64,000 bases of DNA. Source: an uncultured Alphaproteobacteria bacterium. GTDB taxonomy: Bacteria > Pseudomonadota > Alphaproteobacteria > Rhizobiales > Rhizobiaceae. The translations under genes were made by a program, and so were the position numbers. A model generated the notes under the pieces. It had not been told where the DNA came from. It was given only the letters and a program-made list of their open reading frames with translations, and did no database searches. Shown here one piece after another: positions 49,076 through 58,378 of the stretch (within the stretch, counting starts at the first letter, position 1; every line of letters begins with the position of its first letter). The stretch is from assembly GCA_963838155.1 (NCBI GenBank), contig CAWIQE010000038.1:43498-107497 (forward strand), read 5' to 3'.

Positions 49076-50794
49076 TCAGCCCACGGACGTGCCGCCCCCG
49101 GCATCGAGCGCGATCCCGTGCCGGGTGACCGCGATCGCGCGCACCTCCGCCGCCTCGCGGTCCCGCCGCCCGGCCGGCCAGCCGCAGGCGCCCGCGACGA
49201 TCCCGGCGAGTTCGTCGAGCGCCTCCGGCGTCAGCCGGCCGGTGATCGCGATGGTCGTCCTGCGGAAGATGACGTCCGCCAGCGACCCGACGAGCTCCTC
49301 GTCCGAGATCTGCGCGATCTCGCCGACGGAATAGTCCGGCAGGCTCGAAAGCGGCCGGTCGCCGTGCGAGCCGGCCCGGGCGGCGAACGCTTCCGCCCGG
49401 GTTCCGTATCGATCGAGGAGGCAGGCCACGCGCCCGGCCTCGAGTCCCGAGGAGGCCGACACCCGGCCGATCCACGCGGCCCGCGCGGCTTCGCCCGCCG
49501 GAAAGTCCCGGCCCCCGCCGATGGCGACATGGCGTGTCGAGACCCGGCGTTCCTTCCCGACGAGGGCGAGCACCCGGTCGGCCGCCTCCTCCGCGAAGCC
49601 CCGGAACGTCGTCCACTTGCCGCCGACGAGCGAGAGCACCGGCGTCCGTCCCTCCGCAAGGACGTCCTCCCTGATCGAGTGGTCGCGGCTGATGCGGCCC
49701 GGGTCGTCGACGTCGGCGGCCGGCAGCGGCCGCACGCCGCAATAGCGGTAGACGACCTGCCCCGGCGCGACCGCGACGCCCGGAAACATCGCCGCGACGG
49801 CCTCCAGCATGTAGGCGGCCTCGGCATCCTCGCAGACCGCCGCGTCGGGATCGTCGGCACGGATGTCGGTGGACCCGACGAGCGCGAGGCCGAAATAGGG
49901 ATAGACGAGGCAGATGCGCCCGTCCGGCGACCCGAAATAGACCATGCGCCCGTCGAGCTGGCGCACGAGTTCGGGATTGTCGAGCAGCAGGTGCGACCCC
50001 TTGGTGCCGCCGATATAGGTCCGCTCGAGGCCGAGTTTCGCGTTGACCCTGTCGATCCAGGCGCCGCCGGCGTTGACGACGACGTCGGCCGTCACCCGAA
50101 GCGCCTCGCCCGTCGTCTCGTCGCGAAGCAGCAACGCGTCTCCGTCCCGCCCGGCGAGCCCCGTGTGCGTGAGCGCGACCGAACCGGGGTTCGCGCGGCC
50201 GCCGTCGAGCACCAGTTCCAGGCCGAGCCGCTCCGGCAGCGTCACCGCCGCGTCGTAATAGCTGCCCGTCGCGACGATGTCCGGCTTCAGCGCCGGAAGC
50301 CCCGCGAGCGACCTGCGGCGCAGGGCGAGCCCGTGCCGCGGCATCGCGCGCTCGCGGCTGCCGAAGAGGTCGTAGAGGCCGAGGCCGAGTTCGGTGATCA
50401 GCACCCCGCGGTCGGACAGTTTCGCGGGGACCCCGAGGACGCGCGCGATCGACGGCACGATGCCCCCGAACCAGGAGAAGATCGGGATGACCGTCTTCAG
50501 CGGCCGGACTGCGTGCGGCGCGTTCCCGAGCAGGAGGTTCCTTTCGAGCGTCGACTGCGCGACGAGGCGGAACTCGCCGGTTTCCAGGTATTTCAGCCCC
50601 CCGTGGATGAGCCGCGACGGGGCCGCGCTCGCCCCGGAGCAGATGTCGGACTTGTCGCACAGGAGGCAGTCGACGCCCTGCATCGACAGGTCGCGGTAGA
50701 GGCCGGCGCCGTTGATGCCGGCGCCGGCGATGACGACCGGCACGTGCCGCATCGACCGCGCCTTCGAGAGCGCCGCCTCGCGCGAGGTGGTCAC
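49076..50794 (-). CDS. second FAD-dependent GlpD/EryB-like dehydrogenase (paralogue)
   Basis: VVIAGAGINGAGLYRDLSMQG, SRLIHGGLKYLETGEFRL and a C-terminal GlpD-type domain. GTG 50794 overlaps the upstream kinase stop (GTGA); alternative ATG at 50752. Confidence 0.82.
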   Translation of the reverse strand: MTTSREAALSKARSMRHVPVVIAGAGINGAGLYRDLSMQGVDCLLCDKSDICSGASAAPSRLIHGGLKYLETGEFRLVAQSTLERNLLLGNAPHAVRPLKTVIPIFSWFGGIVPSIARVLGVPAKLSDRGVLITELGLGLYDLFGSRERAMPRHGLALRRRSLAGLPALKPDIVATGSYYDAAVTLPERLGLELVLDGGRANPGSVALTHTGLAGRDGDALLLRDETTGEALRVTADVVVNAGGAWIDRVNAKLGLERTYIGGTKGSHLLLDNPELVRQLDGRMVYFGSPDGRICLVYPYFGLALVGSTDIRADDPDAAVCEDAEAAYMLEAVAAMFPGVAVAPGQVVYRYCGVRPLPAADVDDPGRISRDHSIREDVLAEGRTPVLSLVGGKWTTFRGFAEEAADRVLALVGKERRVSTRHVAIGGGRDFPAGEAARAAWIGRVSASSGLEAGRVACLLDRYGTRAEAFAARAGSHGDRPLSSLPDYSVGEIAQISDEELVGSLADVIFRRTTIAITGRLTPEALDELAGIVAGACGWPAGRRDREAAEVRAIAVTRHGIALDAGGGTSVG

Positions 50795-52314
50795 GGCGCC
50801 GCTCCCCCGGCCCCGTCGAGCTCCGCCCAGAAGGGCCGCATCGCTTCGGCCAGCCGGGTGTAGAGGTCGAATCTCCGCCCGAGCGCGCCGCCTCGCTCCG
50901 GATCCGGCCGGAAGGTCCCGGCGATTTCGCAGCAGGCGGAAGCCGCCGCCCGGAGGTCGTCGAAGACGCCGACCGCGACGCCCGCGCAGAGCGCCGCGCC
51001 GAGCGCGGCCGCCTCGCTTTCCGCCGGCACCTCGACGGCGCGGCCGAGGCCGTCGGCGAAGAGCTGCCCCATGCGCGGACGGGCGGAGCCGCCCCCCGTC
51101 AGCCGGACGCGCTTGACGTCGAAGGCGCCGGCCAGGATGTCGACATGGGTGCGGTGGTTGAAGACGATGCCCTCCAGCACCGCCTGCAGCATGTCGGCCT
51201 GCCCGTGCCAGGCCTTGAGGCCGAAGAACGCCGCGCTCGCCGGCTCCGGATGGGGAGAGCCGTAGAGGAACGGATGATAGACGACCGGCGCCGCCTCGAG
51301 CGCCGCCCGGTCGAGCTCCGCCTCCATGGCGGACAGGAGCGCGCCCGGATCGCGTTCGCCGAACTGGCGCACGACCCACTCCAGGTTGGCCGAGGAAGCC
51401 GGCGAGATCGACATGTTCATCCACGAGCCGCGGGTGACGCCCGACCGGCAGGCCCAGCGCGGACCGCCCGGATGGTCGTCGACGCGCGGCGCGTCCGACA
51501 GCACTTCGTTGATGCTGAAGGTGCCGGCCGTGATCGTCAGGTCGCCGGCATCGAGGTTGCCCATGCCGACGGCCGCCGCTGTGACGTCATGCAGGCCGGC
51601 GGCGACCGGCGTACCCGCCAGGAGCCCCGTCGCCCTCGCCGCGGCCGCCGTGACCGCTCCGGCGCGCGCCGCCGGCTCCAGGACGGGAGGCAGCGCCGCG
51701 GCGATGTCCGAGAGCCCGTAGAGCGCCAGCACGGCCTCGCTGTAGTCCTGTTCGTGAAGGTCGAAGAACGAGGTACTCGCCTCCGTCAGGTCCGTCGCGA
51801 TCTCGCCCGTCAGGCAGAACCGCAGCCAGTCCTTGCAGAAGAAGGCGTGCCCGATCGCGGCGAAGCGGTCCGGCTCGTGCCGCCGGATCCAGGCGAGCAG
51901 TGCCGCCGCCGAATAGGGATAGGGATGCTGGCCCGTCAGGGGCAGCGCCCGGTCCAGCACGCCGTCGGACCGCCACCCGGCGACGATGCCCGCGGCGCGG
52001 CTGTCGAGCGACAGGATCCCGCGGCCGAGCGGCCGTCCGTCGCGGCCGAGGCAGTAGAGGCCGTCGCCGTGGCCGGTGACCGAGACGCCCGCGACGGCGG
52101 AAGCCGCGATGCCCGCCGCGGCGACGGCCTCGCGGATCGCTCCCGCGGCGGCCGACCACGCGGCCGCCATGTCGCGCTCGACATGGGCGGGCCGCGGGAC
52201 ATGCTGCTCCACCGTCGCCTTGCCGGTGGCGACGACCCGGCCGGCGGTATCGACCACGATCGCCTTGGTCACCGTCGATCCGCTGTCGAGGCCGACGAGG
52301 TAGGGGCCCGCCAT
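50791..52314 (-). CDS. second FGGY-family carbohydrate kinase (EryA/LyxK-like paralogue)
   Basis: YLVGLDSGSTVTKAIVVD, GHGDGLYCL and FFCKDWLRFCLTGE. 507 aa. Starts 25 nt after the rpiB stop. Confidence 0.85.
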   Translation of the reverse strand: MAGPYLVGLDSGSTVTKAIVVDTAGRVVATGKATVEQHVPRPAHVERDMAAAWSAAAGAIREAVAAAGIAASAVAGVSVTGHGDGLYCLGRDGRPLGRGILSLDSRAAGIVAGWRSDGVLDRALPLTGQHPYPYSAAALLAWIRRHEPDRFAAIGHAFFCKDWLRFCLTGEIATDLTEASTSFFDLHEQDYSEAVLALYGLSDIAAALPPVLEPAARAGAVTAAAARATGLLAGTPVAAGLHDVTAAAVGMGNLDAGDLTITAGTFSINEVLSDAPRVDDHPGGPRWACRSGVTRGSWMNMSISPASSANLEWVVRQFGERDPGALLSAMEAELDRAALEAAPVVYHPFLYGSPHPEPASAAFFGLKAWHGQADMLQAVLEGIVFNHRTHVDILAGAFDVKRVRLTGGGSARPRMGQLFADGLGRAVEVPAESEAAALGAALCAGVAVGVFDDLRAAASACCEIAGTFRPDPERGGALGRRFDLYTRLAEAMRPFWAELDGAGGAAP

Positions 52315-52339
52315 CGTCCGCTCCCGCAGGGTGCCGGGC

Positions 52340-52807
52340 CTAGGAGGCCCGCGCTTCCCGGAAGCGGGCGTCGACCTGGTTCATCTTCTCCACCTTGCGC
52401 GCCGAGCCGCCGCCCTGGAACTCGTTGGCGAGCCAGATGTCGGCCAGCATCTTGGCGACGTTCACCCCCGTGGTCAGCGCGCCCATGGTGATCACCTGGG
52501 CGTTGTTGGAGGCGATGGCACGTTCGGCCGAATAGGGATCCATGACGGTCGCGGCGCGCACGCCGGGCACCTTGTTGGCGGTGATCGCCATTCCGAGACC
52601 CGTGCCGCAGATGAGGATGCCGCGCTCGAAATCGCCCTTCGAGATGCGCTCGGCGAGCTCCACCGCGACGTCCGGATAGTCGACCGGATTGTCGTCGTGG
52701 ACGCCGATGTCCTCCACGGTGTGGCCCTTCGAGCGCAGGTGCTCGACGAGCGCGTCCTTCATGGGCAGGCCCAGGTGGTCGGTACCGATGATGATTGTCT
52801 TGCTCAT
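52340..52807 (-). CDS. rpiB: ribose-5-phosphate isomerase B family (EryI-type erythrose-4-phosphate isomerase by context)
   Basis: 155 aa. MSKTIIIGTDHLGLPMKDALVEHL and GILICGTGLGMAITANK, LacAB/RpiB motifs. Confidence 0.88.
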   Translation of the reverse strand: MSKTIIIGTDHLGLPMKDALVEHLRSKGHTVEDIGVHDDNPVDYPDVAVELAERISKGDFERGILICGTGLGMAITANKVPGVRAATVMDPYSAERAIASNNAQVITMGALTTGVNVAKMLADIWLANEFQGGGSARKVEKMNQVDARFREARAS

Positions 52808-52849
52808 TGTCTGAACTCTCTTTCGGTCGGGGATGGAACGGATGTCATG

Positions 52850-53620
52850 CTATCCGCCGATGACGGCGGCACATTGGTCGAGGATCCCGAGATAGCCTTC
52901 GACGGTCCACGCCGAACGGCCGATGAAGAGCCCGTCGACCGCAGGGCGGCCGATCAGGTCCTCGCAGTTGCCCGGGTTGACGCTGCCGCCGTAGAGGACG
53001 GGCGGCGGCGCGGAAAGCAGCCCGGCCGCCACCGCGCGGATCCGCGCCTGCCGCTCGTCGGCATAGTCCGGCGAAGCCGGGATTCCGTGTTCGCCGATCG
53101 CCCAGACCGGCTCGTAGGCGAAGAGGATCGTCGCACCCTCGCGCGCCTCGCCGAGGAAGGCGAGCGCTGCCTCGGTCTGGCGCGCGAGCACCGCGTCGGC
53201 CCGGCCCGCTTCGCGCTCCTCCATGGTCTCGCCGACGCACACGAGCGGCGTGAGGCCATGGCGGAGCGCGGCCGCCACCTTGCGTCCGACCGTCTCGTCG
53301 GTCTCGCCGAAATGCGCCCGCCGCTCGCTGTGCCCGAGTTCGACGAGATCCAGGCCGCAATCCGCCAGCATCGCCGGCGAGATCTCCCCGGTCCATGCCC
53401 CGGCGTCCTCCCAGTGCATGGTCTGCGCCCCCACCTTGACGTCGGTGCCGGCGAGCGCCGCCTTGACCTCGCGCACCGCGGTGAAGGGCGGAACGACGAA
53501 GGGCTGGATCGACGGATGCCGGAAGTCGCGCTCCAGAAGGCCGCCGGCGAAGTCGAGCGCCTGCGCCAGCGTCTTGTTCATTTTCCAGCTCGTGCCGATC
53601 CAGTAACGCTTGTCAGCCAT
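52850..53620 (-). CDS. tpiB: triosephosphate isomerase family (TpiB/EryH-type tetrulose-phosphate isomerase by context)
   Basis: 256 aa. WKMNKT, ELGHSERR and AYEPVWAIG TIM motifs. Confidence 0.88.
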   Translation of the reverse strand: MADKRYWIGTSWKMNKTLAQALDFAGGLLERDFRHPSIQPFVVPPFTAVREVKAALAGTDVKVGAQTMHWEDAGAWTGEISPAMLADCGLDLVELGHSERRAHFGETDETVGRKVAAALRHGLTPLVCVGETMEEREAGRADAVLARQTEAALAFLGEAREGATILFAYEPVWAIGEHGIPASPDYADERQARIRAVAAGLLSAPPPVLYGGSVNPGNCEDLIGRPAVDGLFIGRSAWTVEGYLGILDQCAAVIGG

Positions 53621-54401
53621 GTGTCGTGCTCCTTGCCGCCGCGCCGGCGATCTCCAGCTCGATGCCGGCCTCCTCCAGCGGCGCCGACGCCTCCGCCGGC
53701 AGCGCCGCGCCGGTCAGGACCGCGTCGAACGCCGTGAGGTCGGCGAGGAAATGCAGCGCCGACCGGCCGAATTTCCGATGGTCGGCCAGGAGGAAGCGGC
53801 GCTCGGCCGCCCGGATCATCAGCCGCTTGTAGTGGACGACCTCCTCGTCCTGGTGGTAGGCCGAGGCGCCCTGGATCGCCGAGGTGGAGACGAAGGCGAT
53901 GTCGGCCCTCAGCCCCCGCAGAGCCTCCTCCGCCACGAGGCCGAAGAACCCGTGGAACGTCCTGTGATAGCGTCCCCCGAGGGCGATCAGGTCGATGCCC
54001 GGCTTGCCCGCGAGTTCGTTGATGACGGCGAGGTTGCTCGTGATGACCGTCAGCGGTTGTCGGCCGGGCAGGAATTCCGCTATCGCATTGGCGGTCGACC
54101 CGTCGTCGACCATGATCGTCTGCCCGGGCTCGATGCGGCGGGAAGCCGCCGCCGCGATCCGGCGTTTTTCCTCCGCCGCCTGTCGCTCGCGGTACCTGAA
54201 ATCGCTCTCGAACTTGGAGCTGGACTGGATGGATGCCCCGCCGCGCACCTTGCGCAAGAGCCCCGACTGCTCGAGATCGTCCAGATCGCGATGCACGGTC
54301 ATGCGGCTGACGCCGAAACGGGCGGCGAGGTCGTCGACGCTCGCGCTGCCCGCGTCCATCAGCATGTCCATTATTCCCTGCCGGCGCGTTTCGGCCTTCA
54401 T
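53613..54401 (-). CDS. DeoR family transcriptional regulator (EryR-like)
   Basis: ATG 54401 (MKAETRRQGIMDMLMDAGSASVDDLAARFGVSRMTVHRDLDDLE...) plus a DeoR C-domain. Its stop overlaps the tpiB start by 8 nt. Confidence 0.85.
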   Translation of the reverse strand: MKAETRRQGIMDMLMDAGSASVDDLAARFGVSRMTVHRDLDDLEQSGLLRKVRGGASIQSSSKFESDFRYRERQAAEEKRRIAAAASRRIEPGQTIMVDDGSTANAIAEFLPGRQPLTVITSNLAVINELAGKPGIDLIALGGRYHRTFHGFFGLVAEEALRGLRADIAFVSTSAIQGASAYHQDEEVVHYKRLMIRAAERRFLLADHRKFGRSALHFLADLTAFDAVLTGAALPAEASAPLEEAGIELEIAGAAARSTTHG

Positions 54402-54493
54402 TCTGACGTTCGCCCGTGCTTCCGGTAGCGTTGGCTCCGTGGCCGGCCTGCCGCCGACCGATGGACGAAAGATAACACAGATCGCGTGATTTA

Positions 54494-54503
54494 CAACATG
54501 TTG
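54494..54503. promoter_or_regulatory. perfect 10-bp palindrome in the eryR / tkt divergent region
   Basis: CAACATGTTG inside an AT-rich stretch (54485-54545). A nearby TTGATAGAA resembles a half-site of the ATGATAGAAATATCAT operator. Confidence 0.35.
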
Positions 54504-54586
54504 AATGTGATATTGATAGAATTCGCTGTTATGTATAAACTCCGGCAAAACACGCGAACCGAGGTCGAACCGATGGGAGCTGCATC

Positions 54587-56587
54587 ATGAACGAACAAGC
54601 GACGATCCGCCCGCAATCGCAGATGGCGAACTGCATCCGCGCCCTCTCCATGGACGCCGTAGAGAAGGCGAATTCAGGGCATCCCGGCGCGCCGATGGGC
54701 ATGGCCGATGCGGCGACCGTCCTTTACGAGAAGCACCTGAAGTTCGACGCCTCGGCCCCCGACTGGCCGGACCGCGACCGGGTCGTCCTGTCGAACGGCC
54801 ATGCCTCGATGATGCTCTACAGCCTGCTCTATCTGACCGGCTACGAGGACATGACGATCGAGGAGATCGAGAACTTCCGCCAGTACGGCTCGAAGACCGC
54901 CGGCCACCCGGAATACGGCATGGCCAAGGGGATCGAGACGACGACGGGACCGCTCGGCCAGGGCCTCGGCGCCGCAGTCGGGATGGCGATGGCCGAACGG
55001 ATCCTCGCCGAGGCCTTCGGCAGCGACGTGGTCGACCACCGCACCTACTGCTTCTGCGGCGACGGGTGCCTGATGGAGGGCGTCGGCCAGGAGGCGACGT
55101 CGCTCGCCGGGCACCTCAAGCTCGGCAAGCTGACCGTGCTCTACGACGACAATTCCATCAGCATCGACGGCGCCACCTCGCTCGCCTTCACCGACGACAT
55201 CCCGGCGAAGTTCCGCGCGCTCGGCTGGCACGTCGTGACCTGCAACGGCCTGGTCCCCGAGGAGGTCGACGATGCGCTGAAGCAGGCCAGGGCCGAGACG
55301 GAGCGCCCGACGCTGATCGACATGAAGACGATCATCGGCTACGGCGCGCCGAAGAAGCAGGGCACCGAAAAGGCCCATGGCTCGGCGCTGGGCGCCGAGG
55401 AGATCGCCGCCGCGCGCAAGGCCCTCGGCTGGACCGCCGAGCCCTTCGTCATCCCCGACGACCTGCTCAAACGCTGGCGCGCCATCGGCCGCAAGGGAGC
55501 CGAGAGCCGCCACGCCTGGGAGAAGCGCCTCGCCGACCTCCCGGCCGACCGGCGCGCCGAGTTCGAGCGCCGCATCGCAGGCCGGCTCCCGGCGGACTTC
55601 GACCGGATCGTCGAGGAGGCCCGCGACCGGCTGATCGACAATCCCGAGAAGCTCGCCACGCGCAAGTCGAGCCAGAACGCCCTCGAGGTGCTGACCGCCG
55701 CAGTGCCCGAGATGATCGGCGGTTCGGCCGACCTCACCGGCTCCAACAACACCGACACGAAATCCACCGTGCCCTCCTTCACCCCCGAGCATCCGGGCCG
55801 CTACGTCCACTACGGCGTGCGAGAGTTCGCCATGGCGACCGCGATGAACGGCATGTCGACCCATGGCGGGGTCATTCCCTACGGCGGCACGTTCCTCACC
55901 TTCTCGGACTACTGCCGCAACGGCATCCGCCTTGCCGCGCTCATGCACATCCGCACGATCTTCGTCATGACGCACGATTCCATCGGGCTCGGCGAGGACG
56001 GCCCGACCCACCAGCCGATCGAGCATCTGGCGGCGCTGAGGGCGATCCCCAACCTCAACGTCTTCCGGCCCGCCGACACGGTCGAGGCGCTCGAATGCTG
56101 GGCGCTGGCCCTGAAGTCCGACAGGCGCCCCTCGCTGCTGGCGCTGTCGCGCCAGGGCGTGCCGCAGCTGAGGACGGAGAAGACGAAGGAGAACCGCTGC
56201 GCCCGCGGCGCCTACGTCATCCGCACCGCCGGCGACGGCGAGCGCGACCTGACGATCCTCGCCACCGGCACCGAGGTCTCGATCGCCGTCGACGCGGCGG
56301 AACGGCTCGCCGGAGAAGGCTTCACCGTCGCCGTCGTCTCGATGCCCTCATGGGAGCTCTTCCAGTCCGAGACGAAGAGCTACCGCGACGACGTCCTGGG
56401 GTCGGCGCCCCGCCTCGCGATCGAGGCCGCCGGCAAGTTCGGCTGGACGCGCTACGTCGACAGCGAAGACGACGTCGTCGGGCTGGAGACCTTCGGCCAT
56501 TCGGCGCCGGGCGACGTGGTCTACGAGAAAATGGGAATCACCGCGGACGCTCTCGTCGAGCGCGCCCGCACCAAGCTCAATCTTTGA
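54587..56587 (+). CDS. tkt: transketolase
   Basis: 666 aa. ANSGHPGAPMGMAD, GDGCLMEGV and HDSIGLGEDGPTHQP motifs. Confidence 0.97.
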   Translation: MNEQATIRPQSQMANCIRALSMDAVEKANSGHPGAPMGMADAATVLYEKHLKFDASAPDWPDRDRVVLSNGHASMMLYSLLYLTGYEDMTIEEIENFRQYGSKTAGHPEYGMAKGIETTTGPLGQGLGAAVGMAMAERILAEAFGSDVVDHRTYCFCGDGCLMEGVGQEATSLAGHLKLGKLTVLYDDNSISIDGATSLAFTDDIPAKFRALGWHVVTCNGLVPEEVDDALKQARAETERPTLIDMKTIIGYGAPKKQGTEKAHGSALGAEEIAAARKALGWTAEPFVIPDDLLKRWRAIGRKGAESRHAWEKRLADLPADRRAEFERRIAGRLPADFDRIVEEARDRLIDNPEKLATRKSSQNALEVLTAAVPEMIGGSADLTGSNNTDTKSTVPSFTPEHPGRYVHYGVREFAMATAMNGMSTHGGVIPYGGTFLTFSDYCRNGIRLAALMHIRTIFVMTHDSIGLGEDGPTHQPIEHLAALRAIPNLNVFRPADTVEALECWALALKSDRRPSLLALSRQGVPQLRTEKTKENRCARGAYVIRTAGDGERDLTILATGTEVSIAVDAAERLAGEGFTVAVVSMPSWELFQSETKSYRDDVLGSAPRLAIEAAGKFGWTRYVDSEDDVVGLETFGHSAPGDVVYEKMGITADALVERARTKLNL

Positions 56588-56617
56588 ATCGAAATCCGAA
56601 GAGGACGGGACAAGACC

Positions 56618-57271
56618 ATGAAATTCTTCGTCGACACGGCAGACGTCAAGGAGATCCGCGAGCTCAACGAACTCGGGCTCATCGACGGCGTGACCACCAA
56701 TCCGTCGCTGATCATGAAATCGGGCGGCAAGATCAGCGAGGTGACGAAGCAGATCTGCGACATCGTCGACGGCCCGGTTTCCTCGGAGGTGACGGCGACC
56801 GACTATTCGGAGATGATGAAGCAGGCCGACATCCTGTCGAAGATCGCCGACAACATCTGCATCAAGGTGCCGCTGACGCTCGACGGGCTGAAGGCCTGCC
56901 GGGCGCTGACCGGCGACGGGCGCAAGGTCAACGTGACGCTCTGCTTCTCGGCCAACCAGGCGCTGCTCGCCGCCAAGGCCGGCGCCACCTTCATCTCCCC
57001 CTTCATCGGCCGCATCGACGACATGGCGGTCGACGGCATGGAGGTGATCCGCGAGATCCGCGCGATCTACGACAATTACGACTTCCAGACGGAGATCCTC
57101 GCCGCCTCGATCCGCACGGTGAACCACGTCAAGGAAGCCGCCATCATCGGCGCCGACGTCGCCACCGTGCCGCCGGCGACCCTCAAGGCCCTCGTCAAGC
57201 ACCCCCTCACCGACAAGGGCCTCGAGGCCTTCCTCGCCGACTGGAAGAAGACCGGACAGACGATCGGCTGA
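56618..57271 (+). CDS. tal: short-type transaldolase / fructose-6-phosphate aldolase
   Basis: 217 aa. [32 protein letters not shown] and SPFIGRIDD (Schiff-base Lys region IKVP). Confidence 0.93.
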   Translation: MKFFVDTADVKEIRELNELGLIDGVTTNPSLIMKSGGKISEVTKQICDIVDGPVSSEVTATDYSEMMKQADILSKIADNICIKVPLTLDGLKACRALTGDGRKVNVTLCFSANQALLAAKAGATFISPFIGRIDDMAVDGMEVIREIRAIYDNYDFQTEILAASIRTVNHVKEAAIIGADVATVPPATLKALVKHPLTDKGLEAFLADWKKTGQTIG

Positions 57272-57344
57272 CCTGCGGGTCCGCGGCGGCGGTTCGCTCC
57301 TCTCGCTCGTCATCCTCGCCCTCGCGGCGAGGATGCGGCCGGGG

Positions 57345-58277
57345 TCAGTAGCTGCGCGTCGGACGGTCCATGACGCGCTTGCCGAAGAGGCTCGCCACCA
57401 GGTCGACCATGAGCTTCGCGGTGCGCCCGCGCTCGTCGAGGAACGGGTTGATCTCCGCAAGGTCGAGCGAGGCGACGAGGCCGCTGTCGTGCAGCATCTC
57501 GCACACCAGGTGCGCCTCGCGGAAGCTCGCGCCGCCCGGCACGGTGGTGCCGACCGCCGGGGCGATCGAAGGATCGATGAAATCCACGTCGAAGCTGACG
57601 TGAAGCCGCCCCTCGCAGGACGCCACCCGGTCGAGGAACCGCGCCAGCGGCCGCGCGATCCCCTCCTCGTCGATCGTGCGCATGTCGGCTATGTCGAGCC
57701 CCGCCTCGACCACGCGATCGCGCTCGGCCGGATCGACGGACCGGATGCCGAGCATCGTCACGTTCTCCGGCGGGACGGCGGTGGCAAGCGGCGGGAAATG
57801 CCGACCGAAGCCGGGCTGCCCGGTGAAATAGGCGACCGGCGTGCCGTGGAGGTTGCCGCTCTCCGTCGTCGTGAGATCGTGGAAATCGGTGTGGGCGTCG
57901 AGCCAGAGCACGAATTGCGGCCGCCCCTCCTCCCGCGCCCGCGCCGCGACGCCCGCGACCGTGCCGGCCGACATCAGGTGGTCGCCGCCCAGGAAGATCG
58001 CGGTCCGCCCGCCGCCGGCCCCCTCGAAGGCGGCCGCGCTCAGCGCCTCGATCCAGGCCGCGCACTCGGACAGGTGGTGGATCGCCCGGTTGGCATGGGC
58101 CGTTTCCTCCTGCGGGCCGATCGACAGATTGCCCCGGTCCTCGACCGAATGGCCGAGCTCCCTGAGCGCGCCCGCGAGGCCCGCAACCCGCAGCCCGTCC
58201 GGCCCCATCAGGCATCCGCGCTGCGCCCCGCCCACGTCCACCGGCGCACCGACGAGCACGATCGATTGCCTATCCAT
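57345..58277 (-). CDS. arginase (ureohydrolase family)
   Basis: ATG 58277 (MDRQSIVLVGAPVDVGG...). GGDH, DAHTDF, SFDVDFIDP and EINP Mn-binding motifs. Confidence 0.88.
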   Translation of the reverse strand: MDRQSIVLVGAPVDVGGAQRGCLMGPDGLRVAGLAGALRELGHSVEDRGNLSIGPQEETAHANRAIHHLSECAAWIEALSAAAFEGAGGGRTAIFLGGDHLMSAGTVAGVAARAREEGRPQFVLWLDAHTDFHDLTTTESGNLHGTPVAYFTGQPGFGRHFPPLATAVPPENVTMLGIRSVDPAERDRVVEAGLDIADMRTIDEEGIARPLARFLDRVASCEGRLHVSFDVDFIDPSIAPAVGTTVPGGASFREAHLVCEMLHDSGLVASLDLAEINPFLDERGRTAKLMVDLVASLFGKRVMDRPTRSY

Positions 58278-58378
58278 GTCCGTTTTCGCTCCGCTTTGTT
58301 TTTCGACCGGCATTGAGGCCACGGCCTCGACATGGAAAACTATTCGAAAACGGCGTCCGGAAGCAAAGGAAGCGGCGA

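Noticed and set aside
49076-52314. Reading the second kinase/dehydrogenase pair simply as glpK/glpD for glycerol
   Set aside because: The kinase N-terminus and internal blocks resemble the EryA/LyxK group rather than the highly conserved GlpK signature. The pair is also embedded between rpiB and eryA. This is not fully excluded and is kept as the refutation condition of the finding.
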